Below the pieces are notes generated by a model. That model was not told the DNA's origin. It worked only from the letters and a program-made list of their open reading frames with translations, and did no database searches. A DNA stretch of 56,652 nucleotides, filler included, from Jimgerdemannia flammicorona (taxonomy: Eukaryota): NCBI GenBank assembly GCA_003990765.1. It is 2 parts of 2 records of this genome, joined end to end, with 100 filler letters (N's around TTAATTAATTAA, not from the genome) between each part and the next. Parts side by side here need not be neighbours in the genome. Positions count along the whole stretch, not along the records: positions 1 to 28,278 come from RBNJ01000574.1; positions 28,379 to 56,652 come from RBNJ01000575.1. One strand, 5' to 3'. This document shows, in pieces, positions 25,417 to 38,381 of this stretch. The first letter of the stretch is position 1. Each line of letters starts with the position of its first letter. A program made the position numbers and the translations under genes.

Positions 25417-27914
25417 TTTACAATCCAATTCCGCTTCAAGATGCTTCCTCACCCCACTATAAACTCTTCTGAGAATTCCTACAAGTTGGTATAAAGCCCA
25501 ACCTCTGAACTGGAATTTATCCTGAACCATCTAACAATCTGGAGAGAATTGAACCTGATGTATAAGGACAATTTGACCTCCACACCTGCAACAAGTGGGA
25601 CAAACTTCACTCAAAGAAAGAAGTACTCCAATTAAACCAGCAAATAGGAGAAACCCTATTCACCGAACTCCTTGCACTATACCCAGCAAGTCAAGACAAA
25701 GAAGGTCTTATTGAAGCCTTCTTTACTCTTCTCAACAAGAGTTTTGTTAGCTCCATAAATCCGAGTGACCTAGGACAACCAGCAGCAGTCTTTCTAGCCT
25801 TAGTTCCTCACAAAGTCCAAGCCTCTGTAGCCAAGTGGCTCAACTCTACTGACTTTCACTGCACCAGGACCAAGACCGCCTTATACTACCGATTCCAGAA
25901 CAGCAAGACCCACCATATTCTTAAAGAAGAAGCAAGAGAAATCCTTCATCAACTACCTGACCCCGAACCTGAAGCAGGCCCTGCTACAGCCCTACCTGAA
26001 TCTGAAACCAATACTGAACCTGAACTTGACTTTGAATTAAGTCCATCTGAAATCAGATATATAACTGATTCCATCTACTTTGATGCCGAGCAAACCCAAT
26101 TACACGGGGACCAAACTGAAGAGGAGGAGGAGTATCTCACTGAATTCGATCCCGGATATACCACCAAAGGAGACGCACCTCCATCAGGACAGAATACACC
26201 TACACAGCAACAAACAGTTATCTATCAAGCCCTTACTCCAGATCCACAACTACTACTCCAGCAACTTACACAGACCCAAAGAACCCCATCACACTCTGCA
26301 CCAGTACCTCAAGTAGTACCAGTAACACCATTACCAGTAGTCCAACCACCTCCAGTAAACAACATGGCGAACCAACAGATTCTTGATCTTACAGTCCAAG
26401 TAGCAATAATGGCAGCAACCATTACTACACTAGCTGAACAGACCCGACCTACCAAAAATCTGAGCCTACCTACCTTCAATGGTACTGCACAAGAAGTCCA
26501 AAGCTTCATTAGTATAGTTGATACCAACTTTGAAACCAATCAATAGACCAATGAGTGAGTTGCTGACCGCGTTCTGACAAACAATCAAGACCACACCCTA
26601 GAACAACTCTTTGCTACCACTACAGCCTATGTCTGCCAAGTTGTTACATTCTTCCGAGGACCTGCTGAAGAATGGTAGTGAACCCTTCCTGAAAAACCCC
26701 TCACATGGGATACCCGACCTACAGTAGTTGCTCAGAATGCAGCAAATAATGCCCCAGGATATGGAGCCCATCCTGCAGCCCCTGGACTCAAACAACTCAT
26801 GATTGCTCAATATCGCAGTGAAACTAAGATTGCTGAATCTTGAGTAAAACTCTGCAACCTCAAATTTGATATACATAGCAAAGAAGAATTTGAAACCTTC
26901 TGTACAAAACTCGAGTCACTCTTGAACACTGTTGGACTAGGATATATCACCAATGATGAAGCATGAAATGGTACAAGAGCAGACCATTTATTTGATGCCC
27001 TGCCTGAATGGCTTACTAGAAAAATCTGAGAACAAGGCCGCCCAGTTGGTTGTGATCACCAACAATGGTGCCTGGTAAGAATCAAGACCATAGTCAAGCA
27101 AATCCTAACAGCTGGACCAATTCTGCCCCAAAGACAATTTAACAACAAGGAAAGGACTTGGACCAAGAAAGAAGAACCCAAGCATGAAGCATCCTGAGCT
27201 CCCTCCACATCCACCTCTTGGACACCCAGAAATCATGAACCCACCCAGCCAAGTATCTTCAAGAAACTAACTGAAGGCGAAAGGAATGAACTTCAAAGAA
27301 GTGGAGCATGCTTCTATTGCTGAAAGACAGGACATATGGCCAGTGCCTGCCCTAACCGAAAACCCTGAACAGCAATATGAGCAACTGTTACCACTCTTCA
27401 TTACCTCAATAACTTGACCACCAGAACACTGAACTTTGTCAAGTTAAGACAAACTGCTAAGGCCCCAACCAAAGGAAGTCAAAAAGCAGCCAGATATGAC
27501 CTGTATGCAGCCAAAGAAGCTACAGTTTCTAACCGAGAAGTCAAACAAGTCTATACAGGAATCAGTATCCAAATCCCTGAAGGATATGTTGGAAGAATAT
27601 GCTGTCGCAGCAGCCTAGCACTGAAAGGACTCTCAGTAGAAGGAGGAGTCATTGATGAAGATTATACAGGCAAAATCATTGTCCTCATTCGAAACCACAG
27701 TTGGACACCCTTCAAGATCCCTATTGGCTTCTGCATTACCCAGATCCTATTCGAAAAAATCGAGTCAACCCTGATAGTCAAGGAAGTCCCTGAACTACTA
27801 CCTACTATCTGAGGATCCAAAGGATTTGGCTCATCAAACAAAGCCCCAGCCCAACCTACCATGAACAAAGAAGAACAATTCTACAAGAAGATCGAAGATG
27901 GATATGTACCAAGT
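25417..27914 (+). mobile_element. Ty3/Gypsy element 2 internal region: extended gag, CCHC knuckle, then dUTPase; cut by a LINE fragment
   Basis: Gag core LPTFNGTAQEVQSFI (26364+). CFYC*KTGHMASAC near 27309. dUTPase follows immediately. Confidence 0.85.
27414..27836 (+). pseudogene. dut: dUTPase domain directly after gag in Gypsy element 2
   Basis: Motifs YDL, RSSLA, GVIDEDYTG, ITQ and I*GSKGFGSS (stop at 27810 where R of motif V is expected). Confidence 0.92.
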
Positions 27915-28278
27915 GTAATGGTCACCGAGGGAGGGCGTTTCCCTTGGGAAGAGGAGTACCTCAGGGGGACCATCTATCCCCTATTCTCTATGCCCTATCA
28001 CTGGAGCCGTTGATGGATAGAATTCGCCGGAGGATAGCAGGGCTCTCTATCTATGGTATAGTGTGGAAGGTGGGGGCCTTTGCTGATGATATGGTGGTTG
28101 GACTTGGGTCTGTGGTGGATGTAGGGGAACTTCGGGAGACGGTGGAATGGTACGAGGCTCATTCCGGGGCGAAACTCAACTGGCATAAGTGTGAGACAAT
28201 GGTGCTAGGGAATGGGTTGGTGGGAGGGGACGTCATTGGAACAATTGTCCCTACTGGTGAGGTGGTGCGATATCTGGG
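27915..28278 (+). mobile_element. 5'-truncated LINE RT fragment running into the scaffold gap
   Basis: GVPQGDHLSP, AFADD, LNWHKCE and VRYLG; same family as the other LINEs. Confidence 0.88.
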
Positions 28279-28378
28279 NNNNNNNNNNNNNNNNNNNNNN
28301 NNNNNNNNNNNNNNNNNNNNNNTTAATTAATTAANNNNNNNNNNNNNNNNNNNNNNNNNNNNNNNNNNNNNNNNNNNN
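28279..28378. other. Assembly gap with artificial linker
   Basis: N runs flank TTAATTAATTAA (28323-28334), which gives stops in all six frames. Confidence 0.97.
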
Positions 28379-29570
28379 TTTTTTACAGACTTATAGCCCT
28401 GCAGATTTTTATTGGAAGGGAACCTAGACTATATAGGCCAAAACCCTCCCCCACCACCCACCAAACAATATCTCCCTATTAATCTAGGCTACTAAATTGT
28501 CCAGTAGTCCCACCACTCCAGCTATACCTATTAAATACTAGCTATATTGACCCCTATGACATAGACCAGACTTGTCTGCTCACCAGGGCTAGATCATCAT
28601 TTACACATGAGAGCACACCTATGCATTAGATCTAGCAGTGCTGGGACTGAATAAAGAATAGTCCCCCAAACCCCAAAAGAAAGCCCGAGGCAAAGAAAAA
28701 ACCCCCCAACCAACCAATAGAAAGCAAAATAGATTCAAAGTGGGTGAGTAAAGGACTTATATGCAGAACCTTCCTCAAAGGACTAATATATGGGCTAGGG
28801 CCAGAAAAGACCCCACTCCTATTTCCTGAGCCTGCAGGCCTCAATCACGTTACTGTGTCAGCTCCCAGTTCTAGTTGAGTACTGCTAAATAAGGAAGGCC
28901 CCACTTCCCAAGCCTGCAGGCCTCAATTGCATTGCTGCATCAGCTCCTAGTTCCAGTTGGGTACAGCCAGGATGCTGGCCCCTGCACTACCCCACCCCTT
29001 ACTAGTCAATCGAAAGGCTTCACCGAAATATTGTCTACCTCAGCCTGAATGACCACCCCTAGCCTGGCACCCCACTAGTTCACCATTATTGCCCTTCCTC
29101 TTATCTGTAATGGCCATCTCCCCTCCCATCCTGACAACACCCAAAAAACAGTCACATACATCAGAACCACACTTGCTAGGAAGCTTGCCAAAGCCAGAGG
29201 GCTCTACCATAGATACTGAGAACCTGCAGGTAACCTATACTGGACACTTGATGCCTAAGATCAGCCAACTCTCTATGTAACCCATGACACACTAAGACAA
29301 CTCCTTGTTGGCAATAGCATAAGGAAGAAGGCACCACACCAAAACAAGTATATCCCAGATGCAGCTGAAGGCACCAGAATCCACAAAAAAGTAGAGAATG
29401 CACTGATCTGACACCAATAAAGAGGCAACTCATCACCATTGCCCTCCTCCCACCATGCTCATGCAGGTACAGCAAATCAATCCAAGGTAGAGGGGGTAAT
29501 AATAGGGGAAAGGGGACTTGGAAGGTTGTCTACCAAACCTTGTGATCGGTAAGGTAGCAGAGAAAGAAGC
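28379..29570 (-). mobile_element. ~1.2 kb non-coding poly(A) retroelement (SINE-like), copy 1
   Basis: Reverse complement of 47521-48700. 5' GCTTCTTTCTC at 29570; 3' AATAAA and A-tail run into the gap. Contains an internal ~83-bp tandem duplication near 28825-28970. Confidence 0.8.
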
Positions 29571-29678
29571 ATACTAATATATATCTACAACACTACTAAT
29601 CTATCCTAAAAGAATACTACTATTTCAGACAGACTCTATATAATCTATAAGTAGAATATTATAGTACTAATATAGATC

Positions 29679-32413
29679 TGTTGTAAAATTAATCAGTAGA
29701 TAGAGAGAAAGTAGTATTTATTTATTGATTCAAATAAGTTATATAAATACATATCAAGATTAATGCTAGACAAAGATTGGCTATACTACTATATATTAAG
29801 ATATAATAAAAAATTCGATTTTTAACTCTCTCTCTCAATAAGATATATATACAAAAGAAAATAAAAATACAAACTATAATATAATATAAGAACTATAACT
29901 AAAAATTAGAAACTTTTAGCAGTTTGAAAAGTATTCCAAAATATATCTATAAGAAATACAATGTAGAAATATATACAATATAGAAATGTGATATAAGACT
30001 TTGAGTATCTAAAAATTATCCCATAATCATCTACTAAACTTTATCAGATACTGGTATAATATTGTCTGTAATGTTCAAAAAAGAGTTCCAACATAATATT
30101 TATTGTCATATCTATTATAGAGATCATTGTCAACTGACCATATACTCCTGCTTAATCTATTAATTATATAGTCTGATATTCCTTTGATATGCTTGTTCTT
30201 GAGTATTATTTCTGATGAGAAATTTATATATATCTTTATCTACTTCTTGCAGTTTTCATTGGAGAGATTTATATACTCTTAGTGGAATATCTTTAGCTAT
30301 TCCTACTCTTTTTATAGTTTCTACTCTTTCAGAGATAATTCCTTATTATTGAACTCATCATTCTTAATCTCAATAATTCTAGATTTAGATAGCAGTTGAA
30401 AATAATTTTGATTTATCACTGGAGATATTGTTACCAGTTACTATTGTGGTTGTCTTTTCAGCAATTAATGTTCTTTTGGCAATTATTGCCATTTGTACTA
30501 AATGTTGTACTTTTTGTTACTCTATTTAATTATAGTTGGCTGCAGTACTCTTATTGATAGTACTTTTACTAAATTGACCTATTGGTATATAGTAATTGCT
30601 ATGTCATTAATTATATAAAAATCTCTTTATTTTGAGGCTGTCAATAGTCAATTATTTTATCTGTCATATACTATTGTATTTTTTGGAATATATATATTTG
30701 CTTATTTCTCTAAGCCATTGTTTTTTCTATTGAAATAATATTCTTAATGATGACTGAAATATATAGTATATCAATAAATATACTGGAGGACTTTATAATA
30801 CTTCTATGAAGATATATATTAATATTCTCCTTGTTCTAAGTATATATTATATTATTGTTACTTCTCAATTGAATAGAGACTGAATGCTCAAATAGCTCAT
30901 ACATCAAGAACAAATTATAGTATAATGTCATATATTATATAGTACTAGAATCTATAAGTCAGATATCATTATTATTGGCTATATTAGTATATTCATTATT
31001 GCTGGATATATAAGTGAATATATAACTGATACTGCTATTATATATACTGTTAATATCACTACTACTTTTCATCAGCCCAAAAGTATTTTACCAACTGGTT
31101 ATTAATATTAGGTTACTAGAGTTGGTAGAGCTGGAGATAAATTTGACAAGACTTTTTAGCTTAAAAATGACATTCTAACTAAGCTTTGTAGATATTGAGT
31201 TACTGGTAGAATTGGCAGTAGATAATACTTAGGCAAAAAATAGATCATTAGTCTTAATAGTATAGGTTGCCTATTCATATGACTCTTTATTATATCATTG
31301 ATTATTGCTATAGTTATTATGATTATTTTCTTTATTTTTACTCTTACTCTCTATTTTATTATTCTTATAATAATAGCATTTACTTTCATAGTGACCATAC
31401 TTACTACAATAATTATAATAGCTATTAAACTTAGCTTAGATTTATCCTTATTAGTTCTGCTAGTACTTTTGACCTTATTTGCTATATCTATAAGATCTAT
31501 AAAAGACTTTTTCATCATTGTTATTACTGTTTGGACCATTTCCTTATCACATTTTCTCATTTATGAGGTTTATGATAATATGGATATAGTTTGAGAGCTT
31601 ACTACTTTTATGTATAGCTGTTACTATAATATCATATATCTCAATAAAACCTCTTGTAAGTACCAGGACTTTATCTTCATTACTAATACAATTTATAGAT
31701 ATACTAAAGAAATTTATCTGATTTACCAGATCATTAATATAATTGGCATAATCACTGATATATATCTTAAGCTTCATTTATATATTAAATAGTTTCAATT
31801 TTAGGTAAAAATGATTAAATGTGTATATTTTTATATAATAGTTATATAGGGCTTCCCATATATTATATACTATCATAGTATGCATTATAAGCTTTATTTG
31901 TGAATTTAATAATATAAATATAATCTCCTATAATGCTTAGTGATCATTTATAATATCATAGTATGGAATTTATATTTGTAGTTTCATATAGTCTGCCAAG
32001 CCATATTCATCAAGAAGATTCACCCAAATTGCATAATCTTTCCTGTCAAAGATCTGGAGACCTCTTAATTATATTTACTATTATGAGAGTTCTTATAGCT
32101 ACACTCATGTTTGATATATTTAATATACTATTTTGACTTATATCTATATTTATACTCATACTTAGCAGGCTCAATATCTTCTTATATATATCAAAGCATA
32201 TATTAAAGAGGTGTTTTTGTTATTATTATTATCCACTTTTGCTAATGGGGCTCATAATCTTTATTATGAAATTAATTAGCAAATAGGAAGAAAGAAGCAT
32301 TTGTTTATTAATCTAAGTAAGTTGTATAAAATATGTATCAAGATTGATAATGTAGACAATGATTGGCTGTGCCACCACATATTGAGATATAATAAAAAAC
32401 TAGATTTTTAATA
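29679..32413 (-). mobile_element. Small (2.7 kb) Copia-type LTR element with both LTRs, PBS, PPT and TSD; no recognisable pol
   Basis: ~150-bp direct repeats at 29679-29827 and 32262-32413. 5-bp TSD AGATC on both sides. Minus-strand PBS GATTATGAGCCC (32248-32259; Copia GGTTATGRGCCC type). PPT TTGAGAGAGAG. Gag-like LTGKDYAIW…L near 32040. Confidence 0.85.
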
Positions 32414-33150
32414 AGATCTAGTTCACTTTAGATAATATATAAAGAATAAATATGGCCACCTATCTAAATATTATCAAATATGTTAAAATTCTATTCCTTG
32501 AAGAAGAAGAAGAGTCTTTCAAATAAAGTGACTCAGATATAGAAGAAGATGATAGTATAGATATATTTGCAAAAAATACTTATAGATATCAGAATGATGA
32601 CTAAAGAATAGTCTGAGACAGACTATTCTTTAGTAGAGGCTGATATAATGAGCAAATACTATAGTATAGCCAGATGACATACAAAAGACACCTAGCATAG
32701 TTACTCCACATAGTTATTACATATATTATCAATTTATATGAATAATCCAACATACTAAATTGAATAACCTAATTCTAAGTAAAATACTTGTTTAATGTAG
32801 AATACTTGTTCTAAGTAAAATATCTATCCTACAAGGAACAAGAGGACAAGTGATCACACATTTTCTAAATTAGCCTTATGGCACATTCTATAATTACCCT
32901 GATAGCAATCAGATAGCAACCACATCTGAATAAAATATCCCAGAGATTTGAGTGAATAAACCTCAGTCTAAAAAGTCAAAGAAAAGCAAAAGCCAATTGT
33001 CTGGTACACTTAGGAGGAATGCCTGCCAAAAGCTACTTGATCCAAGGAAAGGATTGCAACAATTAGGAGATATGCCTGCCAATGAGCCACTGCCAAGAAA
33101 TTGTGAGCTTTATTCCTTTCCACTCCATTCCACTTTCCAATACAAAGAAG

Positions 33151-33285
33151 TCTGCCGATTTTGGTCCACTTACCAGATTAAGCCAGAAGAGAAGTCCACC
33201 ATTTTGGTCTGCGTGCCAGACGAAGCCTGAAGAACTTTAAGATATCCGCCACATTTTGGTTTGCTTGCCAGACGAAGCCTGAAGA
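33151..33285. repeat. Three degenerate ~40-bp direct repeats, probably within an LTR/UTR relic ending near GTTACA (33538)
   Basis: Unit TCCRCC…ATTTTGGT…CCAGACGAAGCCTGAAGA at 33151, 33195 and 33245. Confidence 0.55.
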
Positions 33286-34655
33286 TTCGCCGCCCAAGTT
33301 CAAGAAAGGAACTTAGCCGCCATTTAATGAGAAATCCGCCAAATCGTCACGTTACGCAGAATCCGCACCTATTAAGGAAAAGCCGCCGAAATCGTCTGCG
33401 TTACGCGAACAAGAACTCGCACTTTTAGAAACCAATTGAACATTTTGTTACTTTTTGACAAAGTAACTGGGGGGCTCAAGTCAATCTACATAGCCACCCA
33501 AACCTTGTAATTTGCCTCCATAGAGCTGGCACGTTACAATATGGAAGTATTTTAGATTATATTACTAATTATTAAAATATATCGGATTTTTTTTTTTTTT
33601 TTTTAATAAAAATTATTGGCTAATGATATTACAAACTTGTTTACTATCAATATAGATATTATGTGACAAATCAATTTGAGCCAACGTCAACTTTAAGAGG
33701 TTGATAATATAAAACTCACGAACGTTAATGATCATAGTGATGGAAATAATAATAATAGAGATAGCCAAGATTAATAAATAGAAATCTGCTTAATATCTGA
33801 TACCATTTCTGATTTATTTGTGAAACTCTGATCGGTTCGAATGAACCGAATGGATCCGAATGATGACGCAAGAGCTTTGCTGGATGATGATCAGCCGATT
33901 AGCAGAACAAAACCACTGGACGACGATAACAGTAAGACGATTAACTACAGGACGACGCCAACTAATGGCAGAACGACAACGCCCTTACAGACAGTGGTGG
34001 TTGGCATGTGTTGGCGGGAGTTGAGTATGTCGGTGAGGGACGTTTGTGTTCTATTATTCGTTTGATTGGAGGTAGACGGCCAGGATCGTGCAGTCAGGAT
34101 GGCTTGAAGACGTGCCCTCCATATAGTGTAATGTAATGCGGAGGGTGCCATCGATTTATTATACGTTATGATTTTGTGATGTTCAACAACACATTTCATG
34201 GACAATAATACTTTAAATCCAACACACCGCCATTACCATCTCCCGTTACCTATTCTGAACGATTCTTCCGTCCTATTCGCTCGTCAACCTCCTCATTCCC
34301 ATTTTCATCAGTGGTGTACACAAACAATGATTATTTTCTCCTTATTGTTGTAAAAAGAGGCGATTTTATTGAAGTTGCGTAGGTCGCGTATTTCACGCGT
34401 TACTAATGAATGACGTAAAACTGATGAAATGGCGTAATCACGTGTTGATATATCGGTTGCCATCCCAACACTTATAATTTGAATGCCATGATGGGCATCA
34501 CATCAGGATCGAGAGTATAGCATTTGTGGGAACAAAAGGTCGTTTAATTTTTGACACATGGAATTAATGATTGTAAATAATATTAATAACTATAACGAAA
34601 TATTTTTCGAAACCGAACGAATGTCGCAATTTATCTAGCGTTTTCTTCGTATCAC

Positions 34656-36433
34656 TCATACAATGCCGGTGGCTGTGTCAAACGTGGGTGCCTGCGGCTG
34701 TATGTAGATGCTGTTGGCTGTTTCGGGCGTGGATGACAGCGGCTTTGAGTGAGAGACGGAGACAGTTTCAGGCGATCGACTCCGCGGCAGGTCGTCGGTG
34801 TCGGCGACTGGGTCAGGCGTGGAATCCCACTCCTCAAACTGGTCGTTGTAAATGAGGAGGAAGTACAGTACCACACCGAATACTGGAGTGGGAGATACAA
34901 GGATATTACCAAAGATGAAACGGAGAATATAGAAATAGGGTTGAGACTGGAAAAATATTTACAGCCACGGCTACAGGTGAGAACGGCCTGCAGCTCGCCG
35001 AGGGCCATGCCGAGCGCATCGCCGAATTTAGGGCTCATGCAATCCAAGTTCCAGAATCGGCTCCCGGAGGCGAAGCCCCTGGATCGGAAAATGACAAATG
35101 GCAGCGTCAGGTTAGTGCTTGTGGATTTTATGGCATGGGATGAGAAAAATGCAAACCCACCAGACGGTAATATTGATGACCAAGACCGAAGAGAAGGCGA
35201 CGATGCATCCCAGGCGCATATCCTTTACTCCTATGTAATCCCTAATGTTGGGAGGTACGTTGGAGAGTGTAAGTGCAAAGCGGAAAGAGAACGAAAAAAC
35301 AATCATGTTGATTGGACTCACCGAGAGTGCATCAAAAAATCGAATCCAATGCACAAAAGCACAACGAGGGCCAGGATTATAGCCAGCCACTCCCACACGA
35401 AGAAGAACATGAGTGTCTGGGGAGTTGAGACGAGAATGTAACTACCGAGTTCGATGAAAACGTGTCGCTGTAGTTAAATCGGAAACGTACATTTATGGAT
35501 TGTTCCCCGTCTTCGACCCAACACCAGTAATCTCGGGGGCCTTTGAGGAAGGAGTAAGTGTGTGCGAGAAATTTGTAAGACGAGCAAGTCCAACTGAAGT
35601 CAAAGTTTATCGTAAGTACAACTAACAAACCTGAGCGATTGATGGTTGCAATAGCAAACACTAACCCTCCAACCTAAATTAAGATGAAGAGAAAGCGCGC
35701 TTTGTAAACAATCAGATGTCTCTCAATGATCAACAACCAGGAATTGCCGATTCTCACATTAGCGGCCCAAATAGAGAACTTCTCGCGCTTCTGAAGATGT
35801 TGTCGCAAGTTTTCGAGGTGACCCTTTCGAAACGCTCGGATAATTGTGAACAAGATCCAAGCGAAGCACAGGCTCCAGACGACACCGCCCATGTTTCCGA
35901 ACTCGATTAAAAACGTCTGGATTCCGCAATAGGGACCACTGTTGGCTACACTGTTGTACATAAACGGTATATCGGGGTTGTTGTTTGCTGCCCAGGAAAA
36001 TGTCATGCTGGTGAGAGGGGGATAACGTTGTCAGTTGCGTGTTTGAAATGGAGTTGTTTCTCGGTGCGTCGAAACATTGTTAGGTAAGGCTTACTTGGCA
36101 AAGCATTTTCCCATCATTTCAACGAAGATCGGGATGAAGGTGCAGAGAACGACCCTTTCTACGGGGTTCCGGAAATTGCCATGGCGAAGGAATTTGCGGT
36201 AGAGAATGTACTGTTTATAATATCGTGCGTGATCTAAGTCGGAAATGATTTGTGAAGGATAAAAGGAGGCGTGGACAAGAATCGATGCTTACCCCAATCG
36301 TTACGACCATAGCCGCCATGCTGAGGCCACTCATGAGCTGAGTAGTCCCCCATATCGATTGCAACCTGGGGGAGACTTCGGGAGAACTGTTCCAGACTTT
36401 GCAGTTAGGTAAAGATGTGCTGTTTTGGCTCAT
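34656..36433 (-). CDS. 7TM G-protein-coupled receptor, cAMP-receptor-like (Dicty_CAR/Git3-like), ~372 aa, 9 exons
   Basis: Hand-spliced exons: 36433-36293, 36210-36095, 36007-35758, 35673-35631, 35540-35491, 35416-35322, 35241-35161, 35078-34963, 34882-34656. All introns are GT-AG; the 1119 nt are stop-free. Motifs FRNPVER, CGIQTFLIEFGNMGGVVWSL (TM3), GPRDYWCWV (ECL2) and LQAVLTCSRG (TM7). Confidence 0.88.
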
Positions 36434-38381
36434 AATTGCGGATCAGAAAGGTGTGCTGGTAGGATTGCGAGCAACCTTTTATTTGATCATTGTGACCTTG
36501 TGACTCACCTGCAAGAACAACGCTGTAACTTATATACGTCGTACACGGAACGGTTCAACCTGTCAACCTGCCAACAGTTGCCACCACCTGCCACTCGTCA
36601 TTCGCCACTATTGGTCACAGGGGTCACACGGCACCGGGGGGGTTGATCTGGGTACCAGGGGACCCAGTCTCAAAATTACCAAGTTACTGGTTCGCCCATG
36701 TTGCTGGTATCCGGATACAGATACTCTCGATGATCATCTTGGTAATCAAACCTTCGCGAATAACACTTAAAAAGATGATTTCGAGTCTAGGGTTTGGGCC
36801 ATTTTCTGTGTGCTTGCGACATTTAACGAACGACTTGACAACTGACAAGGGAACCATTTTTGGCGAATACATTCACCAATAAATATCTAATATTAATTTG
36901 TATGTATATATCACGTTGGACGGAAAAATCGTAGACAAATGTCTGCGGACAGCACATGTGAGACCACATCCTGTGCCGGCCTCTTACTTCCATGCACACT
37001 TAAGGCTTGTACATCACCCCTGAGGTTACCCTCATTTTCCTTTTAAGAACTATCAGAGACGGGTGTCCTTGCAAAATAAAAATAAAAATAAAAATAAAAA
37101 TAAAAAATCACATGCGTCTCCCATGCCGTTCGAGCGCTGATATACTACTGCTTTACGATCCGTGGTGTATATGTCCTGGCGCAGCGCCGATAATCAGTAG
37201 CATGACTTGCCAGGCTTTATTCTAAAAGTAGGTGCCGATCGGCACTGTATAATCCTTTCTCTAGTTGTTTGGTTCGAAAATTGAGGTCATCTGCCCAATG
37301 CTTCATGTGTCTGTTCCAAACATAGAGCTGATCTGGCGGATATGGCAAACATTATAGTTGATCTCGGCCTTCCGATATAATGGATTCCGTTTAAGCTATT
37401 ACATGGCAAAATTAGGCCTTTGCCGCATGAAAATGGAACCGTCTGTTGGCAAATGTCAATTCCGGCCCGAATTGCAGATCGATCTGGTTCATTGTGACTG
37501 GAAATAGGTGTTTGCCCTGTTTATTCCACCTCTGCGACTGCGGAATCTCCAACTCGAAATTCGCCTCCAAGCATAATGCGATGCTAGAAAGGCTGCGATG
37601 GTAATTTGCGTTGGAAACACCGTTACAGCTGAGTTTGAAGTAACGGCCCAGCCTGTTCCCTGTTTTGGCGTCATCAGTCAAGTGACATTCACATGCCTTC
37701 CTATTTTTCGCCGACGCGAGATAGCGCATTCTCAACGGAAGGCACTCAGGTTTTTTAGATCTCATGTCCAGCATATGATACTTCGTTGACGAGAACGTGA
37801 AAAGAACCCCGCGGACCTCACCTAAATGTAGGTCGACGCGCCGGTGGCACAGTTATAGTCGAAGAGGACGAGAGTTTGTATTGGCAAGCATCGAGTCTAT
37901 GACCATATGATAAGGTTTGGCGTCTACCCCGGACTCTCTCTGAAATACTTCTTTGCTTGTCAGGTGGTTCAATTGGTCCGACTTTAGAAGCATCTGTTTT
38001 CTGTGACAAGAATAGCACGTAACCAGTTTTGTCTTTCGAATGCATAATCAAGCTGTCCAGATGACTGACTTATTCCTGGCCTGTAGATTGGCATGTCGCC
38101 TTTCCTAGATTAGAAGTGGCCGAATTGGCCACGAGCGACAAACATTGTGGCCGTTAAGTCACATGGTTTTTAGAAGTTGCAATCAAAGTGAGACGTTGAC
38201 ATTGTTGAGTATTCTATCCTGCATCTCTCCATATCCAGATATGAATTCGGATGGTCGATTCGGGTTATGTAACCGAACGTTGAGAAAATGACAATTTGCT
38301 GCGGGTATGGCCTGAGGATTAGCTGTCATAATTATATATAATCTCGCATTCCTGCATCACATCAAGTATATCAAATGAATC

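Noticed and set aside
28323..28334. TTAATTAATTAA palindrome
   Set aside because: Artificial six-frame stop linker inside an N gap; adjacency across it is not reliable.
31298..31792. Hydrophobic Ile-rich ORFs resembling membrane proteins
   Set aside because: By-product of the AT-rich eroded interior of the Copia-type element.
34749..35441. 230-aa plus-strand ORF
   Set aside because: Lies antisense to the GPCR exons and introns, which have a coherent splice model and family motifs.
37074..37107. (AAAATA)n run giving KIKIKIK in a small ORF
   Set aside because: Simple intergenic microsatellite; the ORF is unsupported.
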